From an uncultured Rhizobium sp. (GTDB lineage: Bacteria > Pseudomonadota > Alphaproteobacteria > Micropepsales > Micropepsaceae): a stretch of DNA of 64,000 nt. A model generated the notes under the pieces. That model saw only the letters and a list, made by a program, of their open reading frames with translations, was not told the origin of the DNA and searched no databases. Each line of letters starts with the position of its first letter. Position 1 is the stretch's first letter. The DNA is taken from positions 47,568-111,567 of the forward strand of contig CAZNGO010000043.1 of the NCBI GenBank assembly GCA_964572805.1, in the 5' to 3' direction. The position numbers and the translations under genes were made by a program. Of this stretch, positions 43,118 to 50,987 are shown one piece after another.

Positions 43118-44923
43118 ATGCTCACCCGCCGCACCGCTCTCAAATCCGGCGCCGCCGCCCTGGCGCTGGCCGCCGCGCCCGGCGCCCGCGCCGCCGACGC
43201 GAAGCTGGCGGCGTTGTTCGATACATTTGTGCAGGAAGACCTCGATCTATCGCCCACCGAGGCGACCTATCTCGGCCTGGACAAGGGCAAGCGGGCGCAT
43301 CAGCGCGGCGAGATCGACGATTCCTCGCTGGCCGGCATCGCCAAGGCCAAGGCGGTGACCGCCAGCCAGTTGCAGCGCCTTGGCCAGATCGGCCGCGCCG
43401 GGCTTACCGGCGCCGACCAGCTCAACTACGACATCGTCAAATACGAGCTCAGCAACAGCGACGCCGCCAACAAGGCGTTCCAGTACGGCCCCGCCGGCGC
43501 GGGCGCGCCCTATGTCCTGTCGCAGCTCACCGGCAGCTATTGCAACACACCTTCCTTCCTCGACAGCCAGCATCCCATCGAGACCAGGGCCGATGCCCAG
43601 GCCTATCTGGCGCGGCTGGAAGGTTTTGCGCGCGCCATGGACCAGGAGATCGAGGTCTGCCGCCATGACATGGGCACGGGCGTGGTGCCGCCCGACTTCG
43701 TGCTGGCCAAGACGGCGCTGCAGATGGGCCAGTTGCGCAGCGAGAAGCCCGCCACTTCGAACCTGGTGATGTCGCTGGTGACGCGCGCCCGGGCGAAGAA
43801 GATCGCCGGCGACTGGGCCGCGCCCGCCGCCAAGATCGTGGCGGACAAGGTCTATCCGGCGCTGAACCGCCAGATCGCGCTGATCCGGCAGATGCAGCTG
43901 CGCACCCGCCATGATGCCGGTGTCTGGGCCCTGCCCAAGGGCGCGGACTATTATCGCGCCTCACTGGTCAACTGGGCCACCACCGACAAGACACCGGAGG
44001 AGATTCACAAGCTCGGCCTCGACATCGTCGCCGATCACACGGCGCGGCTGGACGAACTGATGAAGAAGCAGGGTCTGAGCAAGGGCAGCGTGGGGATGCG
44101 GCTGCGCGCCATGTTCAAGGACAAGCGCTACCTCTATCCCAACACCGATGCGGCCAAGGACCGGCTGATCGCCGAACTCAACACCCATGTGCGCAAGGTT
44201 CGCGCCGACCTGCCGAAGATGTTCGGCACCCTGCCCAAGGCCGACCTGCTGATCCGTCGCGTGCCCAAGAACATCGAGGCCGGCCAGCCCATGGGCTATT
44301 ATTATCCGCCGCCGCTGGATAATTCGCGGCCCGGCATCTACTGGATCAACCTGCGCGATACCGCTGAAGTGCCAAGCTGGACGCTGGGCACCCTGACCCA
44401 TCATGAAGGCATTCCCGGCCATCATCTCCAGCTCGCCATCCAGGGTGAGGCGGCGCTGCCGACCTTGCGCAAGATGATGGGCTTTTCGGCCTATGAGGAA
44501 GGCTGGGCGCTGTATTCCGAGCAGCTGGCGGTGGAGATGGGCGAATTCGCGGCCGATCCGGTAGGCGAGATCGGGCAATTGCACGATTCCATGTTCCGCG
44601 GCGTGCGCCTGGTGGTGGATTCGGGCATGCACGCCCTGAAATGGAGCCGCGAACAGGCGGTGAAATACTATGTCGATATCTTGGGCGACCTGGAAGCGTC
44701 GGCCATCACCGAAATCGAACGCTATTCCGTCTGGCCGGGCCAGGCCTGCAGCTACATGCTGGGCAAGCTGTCCATTCTCGCTAACCGCGAGCGGGCGCAG
44801 AAGGCGCTGGGCGCGAAGTTCGACATCCGCAAGTTCCACGATGCCGTGCTGCTGAACGGGGCCATGCCGCTGAAACTTCTGGACGGCGTGGTGGACAAGT
44901 ATATCGGCGGGGCGAAGTCTTAA
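43118..44923 (+). CDS. DUF885 family protein
   Basis: Tat-like signal MLTRRTALKSGAAALALAAAPGARA and the HEGIPGHHLQ motif. Confidence 0.86.
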   Translation: MLTRRTALKSGAAALALAAAPGARAADAKLAALFDTFVQEDLDLSPTEATYLGLDKGKRAHQRGEIDDSSLAGIAKAKAVTASQLQRLGQIGRAGLTGADQLNYDIVKYELSNSDAANKAFQYGPAGAGAPYVLSQLTGSYCNTPSFLDSQHPIETRADAQAYLARLEGFARAMDQEIEVCRHDMGTGVVPPDFVLAKTALQMGQLRSEKPATSNLVMSLVTRARAKKIAGDWAAPAAKIVADKVYPALNRQIALIRQMQLRTRHDAGVWALPKGADYYRASLVNWATTDKTPEEIHKLGLDIVADHTARLDELMKKQGLSKGSVGMRLRAMFKDKRYLYPNTDAAKDRLIAELNTHVRKVRADLPKMFGTLPKADLLIRRVPKNIEAGQPMGYYYPPPLDNSRPGIYWINLRDTAEVPSWTLGTLTHHEGIPGHHLQLAIQGEAALPTLRKMMGFSAYEEGWALYSEQLAVEMGEFAADPVGEIGQLHDSMFRGVRLVVDSGMHALKWSREQAVKYYVDILGDLEASAITEIERYSVWPGQACSYMLGKLSILANRERAQKALGAKFDIRKFHDAVLLNGAMPLKLLDGVVDKYIGGAKS

Positions 44924-44949
44924 GCCCGGCACAAAGAGGAGGATACGCC

Positions 44950-45399
44950 ATGCGCAGACACGTCACCGGCATTGTCATTCTCGCCTGCATCGCCACCCTT
45001 GCCGCCGCCGCGCCGGCGCGCGGCACCGCCGCCGAGGCGCATGCCATGCTGGTGCGCGCCATCACCGCGCTGAAGGCCGATCCGGTGGTGGCGCTGGCCA
45101 GCTTCAACAAGGCGGATGGCGGATTCCGCGACCGCGACCTTTATGTCGCCTGCTTCGACGCCCGCAGCGGCAAGGTGCAGGCGCATATCGATCCCAAGCA
45201 GCTGGGGGTGGATGTGCGCACCCTCAAGCAGCCCGACGGCACGGCCTTCGGCCAGAAGCTGTTCGCTGCCGCCAAGGCAGGTCGCATTTCCAGCGTGGAC
45301 TATGAATATTACGCCCCCGGCGGCTCCACGCATGTCCCCAAGCGCTCCTATGTGACGCGGGTGGGGGGCGAAGGCTGCCTTGTCGGGTATTATAAATAA
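44950..45399 (+). CDS. periplasmic single-Cache-like domain protein
   Basis: Signal peptide, then FNKADGGFRDRDLYVACFDARSGKVQAH...YVTRV, which resembles sCache_2 domains. Confidence 0.65.
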   Translation: MRRHVTGIVILACIATLAAAAPARGTAAEAHAMLVRAITALKADPVVALASFNKADGGFRDRDLYVACFDARSGKVQAHIDPKQLGVDVRTLKQPDGTAFGQKLFAAAKAGRISSVDYEYYAPGGSTHVPKRSYVTRVGGEGCLVGYYK

Positions 45400-45405
45400 A
45401 GCTGT

Positions 45406-45423
45406 CTGCAGCTTTGGCTGCAG
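45406..45423 (+). terminator. stem-loop after the Cache gene (weak terminator candidate)
   Basis: CTGCAGC-TTTG-GCTGCAG is a perfect 7 bp stem. No T-run follows. Confidence 0.35.
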
Positions 45424-45474
45424 GTTCACGACTGTGTTGCGTGTGTTTTCCCATCCGCTTTCGCAACAGGTCGC

Positions 45475-45517
45475 ATGGCTGTCGCCCATATCCACACCGT
45501 CGCCTTCCAGGGCATAG
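45475..45517 (+). pseudogene. comM: comM/yifB 5' fragment (first 14 codons)
   Basis: ATG GCT GTC GCC CAT ATC CAC ACC GTC GCC TTC CAG GGC ATA G encodes MAVAHIHTVAFQGI. The reading frame continues exactly at 49822. Confidence 0.75.
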
Positions 45518-45541
45518 CGGTATTAGGTAGCGGATACAGAA
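45518..45541. repeat. left terminal inverted repeat of the transporter IS
   Basis: CGGTATTAGGTAGCGGATACAGAA. The reverse complement is present at 49797-49820. Confidence 0.9.
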
Positions 45542-45587
45542 GACCTTTTTCTTCTTCCTTCGGGGGTCCGGGGGTAATTTGCGCCCT

Positions 45588-45761
45588 ATGATGAGCCCCC
45601 GCGCAGCCCGGATCGTCTGGACAATCCTAATCATCCTGACGCTATGCGTCGCCTGTCTGTTCCTGGCAGGCGGCAGGCCCATTGCTTGGCCCCAATGGCT
45701 TAAAGCCGGGTGGGTGGTCGTCGTAGGCGGCATCGTCATCTACCAGCTTCGCAACAAATAG
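45588..45761 (+). CDS. small two-TM membrane protein (IS passenger)
   Basis: MMSPRAARIVWTILIILTLCVACLFLAGG...WVVVVGGIVIYQL. The TAG stop abuts the ATG of the next ORF. Confidence 0.45.
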   Translation: MMSPRAARIVWTILIILTLCVACLFLAGGRPIAWPQWLKAGWVVVVGGIVIYQLRNK

Positions 45762-46196
45762 ATGGCTGAGTCCCAAACCGTCACCACGCTGCGCAACAAG
45801 CGCGACGCCATAGCCGCTGCCATCGCCAGCTATGAGCGCCAGCTAGACCAAGCCCGGCACGATTTCACCCATGTCACCGCTGCCCTGGCGATCTTCGAGG
45901 CCCAGGACGAACCAGGCTCTCAAAGGGCCTATGTCGCCCTGCATCGCTTCTTCAAATACGGAGAGGTGGCGGCTATGTGCCGGGCCATGCTGGCGGACGG
46001 TCCCATGACCACGCCAGAACTGACCAAGCGGGTCATGGCCGACAAGGGAATGGACCCGGCAGACCGTGTGCTGGTCCAGACCGTCAATTTCACGGTGCTG
46101 CGGTCCATGCGGGGGATGGCAAAGCGCAAGACCGTCACCCAAGCTCGGAAGCGGGGCCGGTGCATATGGGCTATCGCCTGTCCCCAGAGCGGTTAA
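45762..46196 (+). CDS. coiled-coil plus putative winged-helix protein (IS passenger)
   Basis: N-terminal helix LRNKRDAIAAAIASYERQLDQARHDFTHVTAALAIFE. The C-terminal GPMTTPELTKRVMADKGMDPADRVLVQTVNFTVLRSM is wHTH-like. It resembles a hypothetical family I recall from alphaproteobacterial islands. Confidence 0.55.
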   Translation: MAESQTVTTLRNKRDAIAAAIASYERQLDQARHDFTHVTAALAIFEAQDEPGSQRAYVALHRFFKYGEVAAMCRAMLADGPMTTPELTKRVMADKGMDPADRVLVQTVNFTVLRSMRGMAKRKTVTQARKRGRCIWAIACPQSG

Positions 46197-46426
46197 TTAG
46201 GGCCAACGGGCAAAAAATATAGTCTTATATTTTCAATGGCTTATCGGCCTTTACGCCGCCGATGCCTAGATCTGCCGCTGGATTTTCTAGGATTTGCTCT
46301 GATTTTCGGCCAAGAGTTCCAAGGCCTGCTCGGCCAGCGCTTCGCCGTCGCTATAGCCGTTCTCTTCGCAGATGCGTTGTTTTGGCTTAAAGCCTTGGAA
46401 AACAACTAAGGATAGAATATTTCGCG

Positions 46427-47002
46427 ATGACAACCCTAACCTTGCAGCGCAACACCCTGTCTGCTAGTAGCGGCTCAACAGAATCGCTGCTTCGGGGATA
46501 TTGCTTGTCTGGAAGTAGGGGCGCGGCGCCGACAAGAGCGCGTAGGTTTTTCGCGGGGCTGAAGACATTCTCCGGGTTGAGTGCTGCGGCCGCGCTTTGG
46601 ATCGCGACGGCTGTTTTTGTCGCTTGCCCCGATAAGATCATGGACCTCAGCCAGCTCGCCCCCTCGTTTTTCGGGAGCGATGGCACTGACGTTCTGACCC
46701 ACGCGAATATTCTCGCGATCCTGGTGATCGCTGACATCTTCATCGCCACGATTGTTGTTGGCGACGAAGGAATGCGTCACGTGGTTTTCTCGCGAATCGG
46801 GTTTGGGATTTCCTTCGTTTGCATCGCAGCATTTCTGCTGGCTGACTTTTTTGGACTGCGCCAGCTTCGCCCGATGTTGGACCACAACGGGGCTCAATAT
46901 TTGCTCGCGGCGCTTGTTCTTATCTGCATTCCGCGTGGGCTGTCCTATTGGCGCCCTCAGGGAAAAGCGCAGCCAGTCCGTCATTCTGTCGGAGGGGGTT
47001 AA
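46427..47002 (+). CDS. polytopic membrane protein (IS passenger)
   Basis: About 4 hydrophobic helices. The stop lies 3 nt before the next ATG. The start is uncertain (46427, or an internal ATG near 46640). Confidence 0.45.
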   Translation: MTTLTLQRNTLSASSGSTESLLRGYCLSGSRGAAPTRARRFFAGLKTFSGLSAAAALWIATAVFVACPDKIMDLSQLAPSFFGSDGTDVLTHANILAILVIADIFIATIVVGDEGMRHVVFSRIGFGISFVCIAAFLLADFFGLRQLRPMLDHNGAQYLLAALVLICIPRGLSYWRPQGKAQPVRHSVGGG

Positions 47003-47005
47003 GCT

Positions 47006-47503
47006 ATGCTTTACGTGATAGCCGTCTCCATCGTGGTACTCGCGCTGATTTTCTTTACCTCGCCGAAGCGGTTCAATGTGAAAGCCTCCCGGCCTAGTGG
47101 CGTGCATCGCCATTCGGATCGCTGGTTTATGGCCGGACTTGCCCTGGACGCCAATGGAGCGCCCCTCAACACGGCGGGTAAGTTTATTGGACGCGTCGAT
47201 GGACAGTCGATGAACACCTACGGGATCCCCAGCGGTTCCACTGTCATTGCCAGCTATCTAAAAGATGCCGAGCGCAAACAGGTCAGTCACGGTGACATTC
47301 TCATTGTTGAGGATGCGCATCCGCATGGCAAAGCCTCTGAATATTGTCTCCGCAGGGTAGAGCGCGTCAAAAATGGCATGATTGAGTACTCGCCTGATAC
47401 TGGCGGGGATCATTGCCCACATGACGATGACAAAGCTGTAGCTATTGTTACGGCTTATGTTCCTCAAAAAAGGCTTCGCGGATTGTTCGAGGCTGCCGCC
47501 TAG
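47006..47503 (+). CDS. membrane-anchored S24 (LexA/signal-peptidase-like) domain protein (IS passenger)
   Basis: N-terminal TM MLYVIAVSIVVLALIFF. Then VDGQSMNTYGIPSGSTVIA...GDILIVED...RRVERVKNGMIEYSPD...AVAIVTAYV, which matches the S24 fold pattern. Confidence 0.6.
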   Translation: MLYVIAVSIVVLALIFFTSPKRFNVKASRPSGVHRHSDRWFMAGLALDANGAPLNTAGKFIGRVDGQSMNTYGIPSGSTVIASYLKDAERKQVSHGDILIVEDAHPHGKASEYCLRRVERVKNGMIEYSPDTGGDHCPHDDDKAVAIVTAYVPQKRLRGLFEAAA

Positions 47504-47609
47504 GCGCACGTGCAATTTCGCGAGTTGGCCCTCATTAGACCCTCTTCTGTGGTTTACTAATCTGTCGGCGGAAGACTGTGTTCGCCTCTGACACCCCGGC
47601 GCGAGCCCG

Positions 47610-48587
47610 TTACGCCACGCGCTCTGCCGGGGACCGGCGCTGCCAATACCCTTTCCACTGACGACTGACAGGATGCGTGGCCGCAGCCGTAACGATGGCG
47701 GCAAACTGCTCCCCATTGCTCACCCGGCGGCGATCCTCGCGCCAGTCCATTTCAGCGGCGTAGGATGCCAGATAGGGCCCGGCGATATGATGGTGCGTCC
47801 CGATTTCCGCGCGGCGCAGGCGGCTGAAAAAGCTTTCCGCCATATTGGTCGAGCAATCATCATCCTTGTAGCAGACTGAGTGATTGACGCGCTTGGTGTC
47901 GTACGAGGCATGGAAAGCGTCCCAGTGCGTAGCCTCATCGGCATAGACCGTGCTGCCAGGAGCAATCTTGCCATGCAGCGCCGGAACGGAGGCGGCTTCT
48001 GACTTGGCGGCGAAAGTGATGGTATTGCCGTTGCGCTCGCGCGCCACAATCACCGACTGGCGCTTGCCGGTTTGATTTTCAAGCAAGCGGCGGTCCTTGC
48101 GCGCCGCCTTATGATTTGCGGGCTTCACATAGCCGCCCACATACATGCCATCAATTTCAACATGGCCCGAGACTTTCTTTCCCGCATCTTCCGCCGCCAT
48201 CGCTTCCCGCAGCTTATGAGCCATCACGAAAGCGGTCTTGTATTGAACGTCCAGGTCACGGCTCAGTTGAAGCGCCGAAATGCCCTTTGCACCATTGGCG
48301 AAGATGGCGATGGCCGCGAGAATGTCCCGGATTGAAAGCTGGCGGCTTGAAAAGATCGTGCCGCTCGTGACCGAGAACTCCTTCTTGCAGCCTTTGCATT
48401 TCCAAACTTTGCGCGTCTGAAACCAATACAGGTCCACGCAGCCGCACTTGGGGCAGAAGGCCTCCCCGCCATTGGCAGCGAACCGAACCGCCTTGAAGGC
48501 GTCATAAGCCTCCTGGTCCGACATGCGCAGGACTTGGGCGAGGCTGACGGTCCGGGCGGCGCTGGAAAGGAGAAAGTGCTGGGCCAT
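47610..48587 (-). CDS. IS1595 family (ISXO2-like) transposase
   Basis: N-terminal zinc ribbon CPKCGC...CKGCKK. The DDE-type core has VEIDGMYVGG, VYADEATHW and NMAESFFSRLRR. Confidence 0.92.
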   Translation of the reverse strand: MAQHFLLSSAARTVSLAQVLRMSDQEAYDAFKAVRFAANGGEAFCPKCGCVDLYWFQTRKVWKCKGCKKEFSVTSGTIFSSRQLSIRDILAAIAIFANGAKGISALQLSRDLDVQYKTAFVMAHKLREAMAAEDAGKKVSGHVEIDGMYVGGYVKPANHKAARKDRRLLENQTGKRQSVIVARERNGNTITFAAKSEAASVPALHGKIAPGSTVYADEATHWDAFHASYDTKRVNHSVCYKDDDCSTNMAESFFSRLRRAEIGTHHHIAGPYLASYAAEMDWREDRRRVSNGEQFAAIVTAAATHPVSRQWKGYWQRRSPAERVA

Positions 48588-48690
48588 TTGTCATCGCATC
48601 CAGTGATATTACACACTGGATATAGCGATAGACCGCACCGGATGCAAGGGTTATTATCATCGGATATGATGATATTCATGGTCCGGACAG

Positions 48691-48945
48691 ATGCCGAAAA
48701 ACACCTATAAATCCAATGCCTTAACCCAGGAATATGAGGAAAAGGCCAAGAATCTGCTCAAGGGGGAATTGAAACGCAGGGGCGTGACCTATGCCCAGCT
48801 AGTCGAAAAGCTGGGGGCATTGGGTGTGCAAGAGACAGAACGCAACCTTGCCAATAAGATCAGCCGGGGCGGGTTTACGGGGGCGTTTCTAATCCAATGT
48901 CTCGACGCTATTGGCTGCCGCTCATTGCAGTTGTCGGACTCCTAG
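48691..48945 (+). CDS. DUF6471-like small HTH protein (IS passenger)
   Basis: KGELKRRGVTYAQLVEKLGALGVQETERNLANKISRGGFTGAFLIQCLDAIG. It is divergent from the transposase. Confidence 0.6.
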   Translation: MPKNTYKSNALTQEYEEKAKNLLKGELKRRGVTYAQLVEKLGALGVQETERNLANKISRGGFTGAFLIQCLDAIGCRSLQLSDS

Positions 48946-49742
48946 GGAGCGTACAGGCTCAGCCCGTACGTCAAAGCCCCAGCGGCCAAGCCGCCGCTCA
49001 GCAACGCAAGACCAAGCCAGCCGCCGACGCGCCACCAAGCATCCCTGTAACCGTCCAGAACGACATCCATGGCATCGCCAGCGCGCTGAAAACAGCGAAC
49101 GATAAGCAACCATCCAGCACAGACGAGCGCAATGCCAAGGCCCAGGAAGATGTAGCGTGGTGGACGCCCTGGCTGCTTTTGGTCGCCTTTCTGGAAATGC
49201 TCGTTACTGGCGCTGGCGTATGGCTGGTTTATCGCACTCTTTACCATACCAAGCGTGCAGCAGATGCCGCCCACGCAACAGTTCAATCCATGGAGTCTAC
49301 CTCCGCGCGGCAGTTGAGGGCTTACGTTCACGTTTGGAGATGCACCATGTCCATTTCTGAAGGTGCTGCCCACGTGAGGGTAAGGCTGGAAAACGCCGGC
49401 TCTACACCCGCTTATAAAGCCAGTGGATACGCAACAGTATGGGTGGATACTTTCCCCACCCCGCAGAACATTCCCACGACAAAACCCAAACTCGGAACTG
49501 ATATTGGGCCCGGAGGGAAAATGACTATGTGGAGACGAACTCCGATTTCGGATGCAGAAATGAAGCGGGTTACCGAAGGAACTCACGTAATATGGGTCAC
49601 TGGAATACTTGACTATCAAGATGCGTTCAAACAACCCAGACACGTAGACTTTCGTTACTTCCTTGCTGGCTATGAAGTCCCCAAGGCCATGACTGAAAAA
49701 GTCAGATTGAGCCTGTGCGAACAAGGCAACAATTCCGACTAG
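48897..49742 (+). CDS. membrane protein with signal-like N-terminus and one internal TM (IS passenger)
   Basis: MSRRYWLPLIAVVGLLGSVQA..., an internal helix WWTPWLLLVAFLEMLVTGAGVWLVY, and a beta-rich C-terminus. The antisense ORF 48942..49763 looks like a shadow. Confidence 0.5.
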   Translation: MSRRYWLPLIAVVGLLGSVQAQPVRQSPSGQAAAQQRKTKPAADAPPSIPVTVQNDIHGIASALKTANDKQPSSTDERNAKAQEDVAWWTPWLLLVAFLEMLVTGAGVWLVYRTLYHTKRAADAAHATVQSMESTSARQLRAYVHVWRCTMSISEGAAHVRVRLENAGSTPAYKASGYATVWVDTFPTPQNIPTTKPKLGTDIGPGGKMTMWRRTPISDAEMKRVTEGTHVIWVTGILDYQDAFKQPRHVDFRYFLAGYEVPKAMTEKVRLSLCEQGNNSD

Positions 49743-49796
49743 ACCCAGACTAGTTTTAAACACCGTTGCCTCCGGGGCAGCGGTATCAGGGGCGGT

Positions 49797-49820
49797 TTCT
49801 GTATCCGCTACCTAATACCG
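49797..49820. repeat. right terminal inverted repeat of the transporter IS
   Basis: TTCTGTATCCGCTACCTAATACCG is the exact reverse complement of 45518-45541. Confidence 0.9.
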
Positions 49821-50433
49821 GGGCATAGAAGCGCGTGACGTAGACGTGCAGGTGCATGTCGCCGAGGGCGGCAGCGGCCAGTTCACCATCGTCGGCCTGG
49901 CCGACAAGGCTGTCGCAGAAAGCCGCGAACGGGTGCGTTCGGCGCTGTCGGCCATCGGCCTGGCCATGCCGTTCCAGCGGGTGACGGTCAATCTCGCCCC
50001 CGCAGACCTGCCCAAGGAGGGCAGCCATTACGACCTGCCGATCGCGCTGGGGCTGCTGGCCGCGATGGGCGTGCTGCCCGCCAGCGAAATGGCGAATTAT
50101 GTCGCGCTGGGAGAATTGTCGCTGGATGCGGCGATCACCGCCGTGCCTGGCGTGCTGCCCGCCGCGCTGGCGGCCAGTGAACAGGGGCGCGGCCTGATCT
50201 GCCCGGAAGCCTGCGGGCCGGAAGCGGCCTTCGCCGGCGAGATTGAAATTCTCGCCGCCCCATCTCTGATCGGTCTGGTCAATCACATGAAAGGCGCGAC
50301 GGTGCTGGCCCCGCCTTCGCCAAAAGTGGCTTCGGCGGGCAGGCCCGCCCCTGACCTGCGCGACGTCAAGGGCCAGGAAAGCGCCAAGCGGGCGCTGGAA
50401 ATCACGGCGGCCGGCGGCCACAACCTGCTGATG
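49821..50433 (+). pseudogene. comM: comM/yifB middle fragment (N-terminal domain up to just before Walker A)
   Basis: GIEARDVDVQVHVAEGGSGQFTIVGLADKAVAESRERVRSAL...DLRDVKGQESAKRALEITAAGGHNLLM. ComM similarity ends at 50433. Confidence 0.9.
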
Positions 50434-50453
50434 TTGAGGTCTATATGCCCGGC
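50428..50453 (+). repeat. 26 bp direct repeat, copy 1 (comM/island junction)
   Basis: CTGATGTTGAGGTCTATATGCCCGGC is identical to 57757-57782. Confidence 0.9.
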
Positions 50454-50471
50454 GATAGCCGATGGTCCGAG

Positions 50472-50987
50472 CTACCTTTTCGCTTGCAAGTCGAAGACTG
50501 CTCCCAACTCTCCCTCAGATGAGCGAAATAACCGGTTCTTGCGAAATCCAAACACGCCAGAGCGGATCAAATACAATGCCCATTCCTTCGGCGCGACTAC
50601 CGCGAATACCATCGGATAACTCCCCTTTCGCGCCAGATTAAACCAACTGCCCGTATCAATAACTGATGGTTTGGGGCTGCCGTATGGATGGGTATGCCAC
50701 TCCCCGATAAATGTCGTGGTTTCACCAGACCTCCGCCAAGCCTTTGTGGCTGTCGATTGATGAATGGGGTCCTTTCTGACAAACGAGTATTGGCGGCGTT
50801 CGTCGCTCGGCCCCGAACGCGTGAAGTCAGTTACCTCAAGATGGGGACCGCGATAGCGCCCAAGCAGAATCCCACCATCCTCGACGAGGCCACGACATTT
50901 ATCGGCGGCTTCGTCCAGGAAGGCGATAACGGGGTAGTGAACCAAAACATGCGGATGCTTAAGCAGCACAGACCCGGCATCCAGCAA
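50472..50987 (-). CDS. cap3: CBASS Cap3 (JAB/MPN isopeptidase)
   Basis: JAMM motif GEWHTHPYGSPKPSVID. It lies immediately downstream of the E1/E2 gene. Confidence 0.85.
   Translation of the reverse strand: MLDAGSVLLKHPHVLVHYPVIAFLDEAADKCRGLVEDGGILLGRYRGPHLEVTDFTRSGPSDERRQYSFVRKDPIHQSTATKAWRRSGETTTFIGEWHTHPYGSPKPSVIDTGSWFNLARKGSYPMVFAVVAPKEWALYLIRSGVFGFRKNRLFRSSEGELGAVFDLQAKR

Larger units (their letters stand above)
45518..49820. mobile_element. IS1595-family transporter IS (4,303 bp) with passenger genes
   Basis: Perfect 24 bp terminal inverted repeats CGGTATTAGGTAGCGGATACAGAA lie at 45518-45541 and 49797-49820. They are flanked by the 8 bp direct duplication GGGCATAG at 45510-45517 and 49821-49828. 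An internal IS1595/ISXO2-type transposase is present. Confidence 0.88.

Noticed and set aside
48942-49763. Minus-strand 273-aa ORF inside the IS right arm, and the similar minus-strand ORF 46475..47113
   Set aside because: Both are mirror images of plus-strand ORFs that have coherent TM and signal features. Their own translations are Cys/Arg/Gly-rich or extremely charged, with no start context.
50430-50460. A Tn7-like (TnsABC/TnsD, AbaR-type) transposon as the comM-targeting element, given that the end can be read as TGTTGAGG…
   Set aside because: No TnsA/B/C-like genes appear in the 13.5 kb available. There is no array of repeated transposase-binding sites near the end. The bases preceding the two copies (GCTGA and CCTGA) do not behave as a 5 bp duplication. 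This cannot be fully excluded without the right end.
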